Below are positions 58,031-64,000 of a DNA stretch of 64,000 nucleotides, in pieces. Under the pieces are notes generated by a model. The model worked only from the letters and a program-made list of their open reading frames with translations, did no database searches and was not told where the DNA came from. Origin of the DNA: Escherichia coli (lineage in GTDB: Bacteria > Pseudomonadota > Gammaproteobacteria > Enterobacterales > Enterobacteriaceae); the NCBI RefSeq assembly GCF_016026235.1, contig NZ_CP065613.1. The stretch is one strand, 5' to 3'. The translations under genes were made by a program, and so were the position numbers. Position 1 is the first letter of the stretch. Each line of letters begins with the position of its first letter.

Positions 58031-59791
58031 ATGGTAACTCATCGTCAGCGCTACCGTGAAAAAGTCTCCCAAATGGTCAGTTGGGGGCACTGGTTTGCAC
58101 TGTTCAATATTCTGCTTTCGCTCGTCATTGGCAGCCGTTACCTGTTTATCGCCGACTGGCCGACCACGCTTGCTGGTCGCATTTATTCCTACGTAAGCAT
58201 TATCGGCCATTTCAGCTTCCTGGTGTTCGCCACCTATTTGCTGATCCTCTTCCCGCTGACCTTTATCGTCGGCTCCCAGAGGCTGATGAGGTTTTTGTCC
58301 GTCATTCTGGCAACGGCGGGAATGACGCTATTACTGATCGATAGCGAAGTCTTTACTCGTTTCCATCTCCATCTTAATCCCATCGTCTGGCAACTGGTTA
58401 TCAACCCAGACGAAAATGAGATGGCGCGCGACTGGCAGCTGATGTTCATCAGCGTGCCGGTTATTTTATTGCTTGAACTGGTGTTTGCGACGTGGAGCTG
58501 GCAAAAGCTGCGCAGCCTGACGCGTCGTCGACGCTTCGCGCGCCCGCTGGCCGCATTCTTATTTATCGCCTTTATCGCCTCGCATGTGGTGTATATCTGG
58601 GCCGATGCCAACTTCTATCGCCCGATCACCATGCAGCGCGCTAACCTGCCGCTTTCGTACCCGATGACGGCGCGACGTTTTCTTGAGAAGCATGGCCTGC
58701 TTGATGCGCAGGAATATCAACGCCGTCTTATTGAGCAAGGTAATCCAGACGCCGTTTCCGTTCAGTATCCGTTAAGCGAACTGCGCTATCGCGATATGGG
58801 CACTGGGCAGAATGTGCTGTTGATTACTGTCGATGGCCTGAACTACTCACGCTTCGAGAAGCAGATGCCTGCGCTGGCAGGTTTTGCTGAGCAAAATATT
58901 TCGTTCACGCGCCATATGAGCTCCGGCAACACTACAGACAACGGCATCTTTGGCCTGTTCTATGGCATCTCGCCGAGCTATATGGACGGCATTCTGTCGA
59001 CCCGTACGCCTGCGGCATTAATTACTGCGCTTAATCAGCAAGGCTATCAGCTGGGGTTATTCTCATCAGATGGCTTTACCAGCCCGCTGTATCGCCAGGC
59101 ATTGTTGTCAGATTTCTCGATGCCGAGCGTACGCACCCAATCCGACGAGCAGACCGCCACGCAGTGGATCAACTGGCTGGGACGCTACGCACAAGAAGAT
59201 AACCGCTGGTTCTCGTGGGTTTCTTTCAATGGTACTAACATTGACGACAGCAATCAGCAGGCATTTGCGCGGAAATATAGCCGGGCGGCAGGCAATGTCG
59301 ATGACCAGATCTACCGCGTGCTCAATGCACTGCGTGATTCTGGCAAACTGGACAATACGGTGGTGATTATCACTGCCGGTCGGGGTATTCCACTGAGCGA
59401 AGAGGAAGAAACCTTTGACTGGTCCCACGGTCATCTGCAGGTGCCATTAGTGATTCACTGGCCAGGCACGCCGGCGCAGCGTATTAATGCTCTGACTGAT
59501 CATACCGATCTGATGACGACGCTGATGCAACGCCTGCTACATGTCAGCACACCTGCCAGCGAATATTCGCAAGGTCAGGATTTGTTCAACCCTCAACGCC
59601 GTCATTACTGGGTTACCGCAGCGGATAACGATACGCTGGCAATTACCACCCCGAAAAAGACGCTGGTGCTGAACAATAACGGTAAATACCGCACTTACAA
59701 CTTACGTGGTGAAAGAGTGAAAGATGAAAAACCACAGTTAAGTTTGTTATTGCAAGTACTGACAGATGAGAAGCGTTTTATCGCTAACTGA
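58031..59791 (+). CDS. yejM: Inner-membrane LPS/cardiolipin homeostasis protein YejM (PbgA/LapC), sulfatase-like periplasmic domain
   Basis: 586-aa ORF with five N-terminal TM helices and an alkaline-phosphatase-superfamily domain. Confidence 0.9.
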   Translation: MVTHRQRYREKVSQMVSWGHWFALFNILLSLVIGSRYLFIADWPTTLAGRIYSYVSIIGHFSFLVFATYLLILFPLTFIVGSQRLMRFLSVILATAGMTLLLIDSEVFTRFHLHLNPIVWQLVINPDENEMARDWQLMFISVPVILLLELVFATWSWQKLRSLTRRRRFARPLAAFLFIAFIASHVVYIWADANFYRPITMQRANLPLSYPMTARRFLEKHGLLDAQEYQRRLIEQGNPDAVSVQYPLSELRYRDMGTGQNVLLITVDGLNYSRFEKQMPALAGFAEQNISFTRHMSSGNTTDNGIFGLFYGISPSYMDGILSTRTPAALITALNQQGYQLGLFSSDGFTSPLYRQALLSDFSMPSVRTQSDEQTATQWINWLGRYAQEDNRWFSWVSFNGTNIDDSNQQAFARKYSRAAGNVDDQIYRVLNALRDSGKLDNTVVIITAGRGIPLSEEEETFDWSHGHLQVPLVIHWPGTPAQRINALTDHTDLMTTLMQRLLHVSTPASEYSQGQDLFNPQRRHYWVTAADNDTLAITTPKKTLVLNNNGKYRTYNLRGERVKDEKPQLSLLLQVLTDEKRFIAN

Positions 59792-59812
59792 TTAATTATA
59801 AATCAGTTAGCG
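59782..59812 (+). other. Perfect 12-bp stem-loop spanning the yejM stop codon
   Basis: cgctaactgatt-aattata-aatcagttagcg; the TGA stop (59789-59791) lies in the 5' arm; no U tract follows. Confidence 0.5.
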
Positions 59813-59865
59813 AAATATCTTACTTGCAATCGGTGTGGAAAACGGTAGTATTAGCAGCCACGAGT

Positions 59866-59942
59866 CGGCACGTAGCGCAGCCTGGTAGCGCACCGTCATG
59901 GGGTGTCGGGGGTCGGAGGTTCAAATCCTCTCGTGCCGACCA
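59866..59942 (+). tRNA. proL: tRNA-Pro (anticodon GGG)
   Basis: 77-nt CGGCACGTAGCGCAGCCTGGTAGCGCACCGTCATGGGGTGTCGGGGGTCGGAGGTTCAAATCCTCTCGTGCCGACCA with cloverleaf-compatible stems, GGG anticodon and encoded CCA end. Confidence 0.9.
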
Positions 59943-59955
59943 AAAATCCCAAAAA

Positions 59956-59981
59956 AACCAACCGTAAAGGTTGGTTTTTTT
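59956..59981 (+). terminator. Rho-independent terminator of proL
   Basis: aaccaacc-gtaaa-ggttggtt followed by a T7 run. Confidence 0.8.
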
Positions 59982-60042
59982 ATATCTGCATTTAATTCGA
60001 TAAACAGACCGCGACACATCACGGCCTGTTTATTGTCTGTTA

Positions 60043-62634
60043 TCAGAACGTCCAGACCACACCCGCCTGGGTATTCCACGGCGATTCTACCCCTGCGCCA
60101 TTGCCATAGCTGACTGACAAATGACCGCTTAACGTCGGGGTAAACGATGACCTTATCCCAGCCTGATAAACGCCACTGGTTCCAGCCACATCATTATTAA
60201 ATTTGCCATCGTCATTAACTTTCACCTGGTTAGAATCGGCGTATTCCTGACGTACGGCGGCTTTCAGCCAGGGTTCCAGCGTCGTACCGTTTTGCAGGTC
60301 CATGTGATAGCTTACCGCCGTTCCCGCTTCAGCGCGTAATATCCGGGTATTTCCCACATCCGCGCGCATGCCGTTTGATAACGTGTAGTCCTGACCATCT
60401 GTGGTAAAGCCGGTAAAGGCCAGATAGGGTCTAACACTCCACAATCCGTCAACCCAACGGAACCCGCTCTCAACATGAGCACCCGCGCCGTTACTATTGT
60501 AATCGCCAAACGCTGTTGCCCCATTACTCATCTTGCCATGGATGGTGTTGGCAAAACGGTCAACTTTCACCACCCCATCAACATAGGCACCGTTCTGATG
60601 CTCCCAACCGGCATAAGCCCCCAGGGTATAGCTATCGACATTGCCTTTGCCGCCGCGATCAAAACCAATATCAGAATGAGAGTAACCAAAGAACAAGCCG
60701 CGAATTGTGCTGCTTTCTTCACGGGAGAAACGGCTATCGATACCGAGCGTCAGGCCCGTCAATGTTTGCTCAAAACCAGCTCCCGCATCAGTGGTCACGT
60801 TGTTGCGGGTGTTAATTGCCGAACTCCACATCGCCGTATCGTAACTAACGCCTTTTACGCTACCAAGACGCTCACGCACGGTGTCCAGTTCTGCATCAAA
60901 TACCAGCGGTTGTGCTGCCGCCATATTTAGCACATCAGTGGTTGAAGGGGTAATTTGCGCGCGATTCTCTGCCAGACTCCAGCTATGATTGCCATTATCC
61001 AGCAAGGTATATTCATACGTACCGATATCAACAACGCCTCCGGCATTGCCCAACGTAAATGCAGCATCACCGCCGCCCGTTGTTACCAGTGTAAGGCTAT
61101 CTCCTGCTGCCGGGCTGGCACCGGTGTCCGTCACGAATATTTTGAAATCACCTGTTGCCTGGCCAGTGACGTTAAGCTGATCGCTCTGATGATTGGCCAT
61201 ATCGGTACGCATATAAAAATTGCCGTTTCCCGACAGGGTATTGGTGGTCAACGTTATGAAATTTTCCGCACTTGCCGTCACTGATGAACGAGTCACTGGC
61301 TCAGCCATCATAATCACATTTGCGCCAGACATCGCAAGGTTGGCTAAGTTGAGGAGGGTGTTTTGGTTCGTCGTAGTGATATTGGCAATGATGGTCCATG
61401 CGCTATTTTCGAGCGAAACATCCGCTTTGCTGGTATCCACGGCACCATGCGTTCTAAAAGAAGCGCCCTCAGAAACCACGACCTTACCCACCAACATAGC
61501 GGGTGCATAATTTATTTGCGGCTTCATGACCTCAAGAATGCCATCATTCCCTCTGACTGAAACGTTAACCATTGTGCCAGCCCAGACGTTAGCGCGGCCA
61601 TTGTTGATAACCATATTTTCAGAGATGGCTTTAGAGGAATACGTTATACTTCCATTCTGATCTGATCGACCGAGATCATATACCGCATTTGCCTGCACTC
61701 TCGTACCAGTATCCTTTCCCAGCGATTGCATAGTGGCATGCTCATCAAGGATAGTGTCAATGGCCTGCGTGTCCTCCATAACAATGAGCCCGGAACCATC
61801 ATCCAGTTCATAATTTTTTGACACACCATCTTTTATACTAAATTGGCCTTTACTGTTTGTACCACTCACTTCCAGCGCATTCGTTGAGACAATTAATTTT
61901 CCGCCTGCTTTTTTATCAACGCCAGTTGCAGTCCCGCCATCCATAACCTCCAGTAAGCCGCCACTATCTACAGTAGTATTATAAGCGAAGTCATTTTCTT
62001 CAACTCGCAAACTTCCGCCGTTTTCCAACAGCATATTGTTAGCAATACCATTCTTGATTTCGAACTGACCGAGACGGTTTGTTCCGAATACCTCCATGAC
62101 CCGCGTGCTTGCTTTAATAGCACCGCCTGCTTTCTGATCTACCGCAATCGCTAATCCCCCCTCTTTAACCTCCAGTAATCCTCCCTTTTCGATAGCGGCA
62201 AGGACGGTAATCCCATCTTTTTCAACGATTAAGCGCCCGCCTTTAATCGTGGGATCATTCGCTGCGCCATAAACCTGTAGCACACCATTATTGAGGGTAG
62301 TCTGGTTTGCCGCGCCACCCATTTGAACAATTTGATAACCATCATTTAATACGGAGTATTCTGCGGTGCCATTCATTTCAATGTACTGATACCCGCCGTT
62401 AATTTCAGTATTACTACTTATACCAAATTCTTTAATATGCTGTTCTCCGCCAGGATTGATTTTCGTATTATTGGCGGTCCCATAAACCAGCTGGATATCT
62501 TTTTCCAGGACAACACCATCAACTGTCTCACCATACTCAACTGTTGATGCCAATGCTATGGGTGAATATAACGCTGTAGCCACCAGAACAGATATTGCGG
62601 AACGACAAAGAGAAACAGAACCAGATTGATGCAT
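60043..62634 (-). CDS. yejO: Type Va autotransporter (adhesin-like) YejO, uninterrupted
   Basis: 863-aa ORF with signal peptide MHQSGSVSLCRSAISVLVATALYSPIALA, repetitive Gly/Asn/Thr-rich passenger and C-terminal beta-barrel ending ...QAGVVWTF. Confidence 0.85.
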   Translation of the reverse strand: MHQSGSVSLCRSAISVLVATALYSPIALASTVEYGETVDGVVLEKDIQLVYGTANNTKINPGGEQHIKEFGISSNTEINGGYQYIEMNGTAEYSVLNDGYQIVQMGGAANQTTLNNGVLQVYGAANDPTIKGGRLIVEKDGITVLAAIEKGGLLEVKEGGLAIAVDQKAGGAIKASTRVMEVFGTNRLGQFEIKNGIANNMLLENGGSLRVEENDFAYNTTVDSGGLLEVMDGGTATGVDKKAGGKLIVSTNALEVSGTNSKGQFSIKDGVSKNYELDDGSGLIVMEDTQAIDTILDEHATMQSLGKDTGTRVQANAVYDLGRSDQNGSITYSSKAISENMVINNGRANVWAGTMVNVSVRGNDGILEVMKPQINYAPAMLVGKVVVSEGASFRTHGAVDTSKADVSLENSAWTIIANITTTNQNTLLNLANLAMSGANVIMMAEPVTRSSVTASAENFITLTTNTLSGNGNFYMRTDMANHQSDQLNVTGQATGDFKIFVTDTGASPAAGDSLTLVTTGGGDAAFTLGNAGGVVDIGTYEYTLLDNGNHSWSLAENRAQITPSTTDVLNMAAAQPLVFDAELDTVRERLGSVKGVSYDTAMWSSAINTRNNVTTDAGAGFEQTLTGLTLGIDSRFSREESSTIRGLFFGYSHSDIGFDRGGKGNVDSYTLGAYAGWEHQNGAYVDGVVKVDRFANTIHGKMSNGATAFGDYNSNGAGAHVESGFRWVDGLWSVRPYLAFTGFTTDGQDYTLSNGMRADVGNTRILRAEAGTAVSYHMDLQNGTTLEPWLKAAVRQEYADSNQVKVNDDGKFNNDVAGTSGVYQAGIRSSFTPTLSGHLSVSYGNGAGVESPWNTQAGVVWTF

Positions 62635-62953
62635 TGAGCTTTCATCCTATGAAATTAATTGCTGTTAAAAGCATTGGGTACGGAAAATACCCATAGCTCC
62701 ATACCCGGAGTCAGTTTTTAAAAACTGTTTAAAGAAATGCACAAGTATTGTGATTGATTTTTTAGTTGTTTTTCTTGATGAGAAGCTGATGCAAAATTCC
62801 GTCTTTATAATGAAAATGATGCCAAAGCGAACGACAAGGTTGTAGTTTTCACTACATGTCCATACATAAAATGGGGTAACATTCACGCGCCTGGTAGCGA
62901 TACCAACGCTACGCTCAAACATAATGATTCTAATAAAACCTCAGGAGACTACT

Positions 62954-63601
62954 ATGCCTGAAGCAACGCCTTTTCAGGTGATGATTGTGGATGATCATCC
63001 ACTTATGCGACGCGGTGTTCGTCAGTTACTGGAGCTTGATCCTGGCTTTGAAGTGGTCGCCGAAGCGGGCGACGGCGCGAGTGCTATCGATCTGGCGAAT
63101 AGACTGGATATCGACGTGATCTTGCTGGATCTCAATATGAAAGGTATGAGTGGCCTGGATACCCTCAATGCCTTGCGCAGGGATGGCGTTACCGCGCAAA
63201 TTATTATCCTGACCGTATCAGATGCCTCCAGCGATGTCTTTGCGCTGATAGACGCAGGCGCAGACGGTTATCTGTTGAAAGACAGCGACCCGGAAGTGTT
63301 GCTGGAAGCGATTCGTGCCGGAGCGAAAGGCAGCAAAGTCTTTAGCGAACGCGTCAATCAGTACTTACATGAACGTGAAATGTTTGGCGCGGAAGAAGAT
63401 CCCTTCAGCGTGCTGACGGAGCGCGAGCTGGATGTTCTGCACGAGCTGGCACAGGGGCTGTCAAATAAACAGATTGCCTCGGTGTTGAATATTTCCGAGC
63501 AGACAGTAAAAGTACATATTCGCAATCTGCTGCGTAAACTCAATGTCCGCTCACGCGTGGCAGCCACCATTCTATTCCTGCAACAACGCGGGGCACAATA
63601 A
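62954..63601 (+). CDS. narP: Nitrate/nitrite response regulator NarP (NarL/FixJ family)
   Basis: ORF 62924..63601; conserved start MPEATPFQVMIVDDHPLMRRG at ATG 62954 with AGGAG upstream; receiver domain plus LuxR-type HTH. Confidence 0.95.
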   Translation: MPEATPFQVMIVDDHPLMRRGVRQLLELDPGFEVVAEAGDGASAIDLANRLDIDVILLDLNMKGMSGLDTLNALRRDGVTAQIIILTVSDASSDVFALIDAGADGYLLKDSDPEVLLEAIRAGAKGSKVFSERVNQYLHEREMFGAEEDPFSVLTERELDVLHELAQGLSNKQIASVLNISEQTVKVHIRNLLRKLNVRSRVAATILFLQQRGAQ

Positions 63602-63654
63602 AAATAGCCCGATGGATTTATCATCGGGCTGAGATTTATGACAAACGCAAAACT

Positions 63655-63751
63655 GCCTGATGCGCTACGCTTATCAGGCCTACGCGGATCGATCAATTTA
63701 TTGAATTCACACGATTGTGTAGGCCGGATAAGGCGTTCACGCCGCATCCGG
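63655..63751. repeat. BIME: two REP units in opposite orientation
   Basis: gcctgatgcgctacgcttatcaggcctac (63655-63683) and gtaggccggataaggcgttcacgccgcatccggc (63719-63751), between narP and the ccmH 3' end. Confidence 0.7.
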
Positions 63752-63811
63752 CATAAAATAAGCGCACTTTGTCATCAGTCTGGCCTGATGGAATCACCAT
63801 CGGGCCACTTT

Positions 63812-64000
63812 TTATTTACTCTCCTGCGGCGACAAATGTTGCATCGCCTGCGCGATACTACGTTCAATCACCGCACGGCGAGTATCGTTGGCAGGTAAGA
63901 GTTTCAACATCATCTCCCACGCGGCAACGGCTTCGCCAAATCGCTGCTGCTCAAAGGCATTAAACGCATACATGCTTAACACACGGATATTGCTGTGGTC
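63812..64000 (-). CDS. ccmH: C-terminal fragment of cytochrome c maturation protein CcmH (TPR-containing C-terminus); 5' end outside window
   Basis: Minus-strand frame ends ...IAQAMQHLSPQESK* with stop at 63812-63814 and is open to the window edge. Name is from the recalled C-terminal sequence and synteny after narP. Confidence 0.65.
   Translation of the reverse strand, partial: DHSNIRVLSMYAFNAFEQQRFGEAVAAWEMMLKLLPANDTRRAVIERSIAQAMQHLSPQESK

Noticed and set aside
59866-62634. Possible genomic island integrated at tRNA-Pro (proL)
   Set aside because: tRNA genes are common island integration sites, but here proL is followed directly by its terminator and yejO with no integrase, direct repeat of the tRNA 3' end, or foreign-looking genes.
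63782-63806. Hairpin ggcctgatgg-aatca-ccatcgggcc just past the ccmH stop as a terminator
   Set aside because: Stem is good (one G-U pair) but the U tract is on the wrong side for ccmH, and on the plus strand no gene ends nearby; it may simply be part of the REP-like palindromic cluster, so not annotated.
63638-63898. 86-aa plus-strand ORF after narP
   Set aside because: Spans the REP/BIME cluster and runs antisense to the ccmH 3' end; no RBS; considered spurious.

Overview
The window reads as a contiguous, gene-dense stretch of Escherichia coli-type core chromosome, recognised from the translated ORFs and their order: yohD' - yohF - mdtQ - yohP - dusC - yohJK - cdd - sanA - yeiS - preTA - mglCAB - galS - yeiB - folE - yeiG - cirA - lysP - yeiE - yeiH - nfo - yeiI - nupX - rihB - yeiL - psuT - psuG - psuK - fruAKB - setB - yeiW - yeiP(efpL) - yeiQ - yeiR - lpxT - mepS - pdeN(rtn) - yejABEF - yejG - bcr - rsuA - radD(yejH) - rplY - yejK - yejL - yejM - tRNA-Pro(proL) - yejO - narP - ccmH'. 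I see no IS element, prophage, integron, CRISPR array or recognisable defence island, and no large unassigned ORF, so I cannot support a previously undescribed system here. The most concrete observation is that psuG is split into two reading frames (likely a 4-bp loss in a GATCGATC repeat, or a sequencing error). Other points worth a second look: a duplicated nucleoside-utilisation module (nupX/psuT and yeiI/psuK paralogs, each transporter followed by a related REP); a long inverted repeat that buries the nfo Shine-Dalgarno; tandem 18-bp repeats upstream of psuK; a GC-rich palindrome cluster between yohP and dusC; an ERIC element upstream of preT; and mdtQ and yejO being uninterrupted, which (from memory of the K-12 reference) suggests a non-K-12 strain. 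All gene names come from my recognition of the protein sequences and synteny, not from a database search. Start codons were refined by eye from the ORF track (which allows GTG/TTG starts), and regulatory-site calls are motif matches only.
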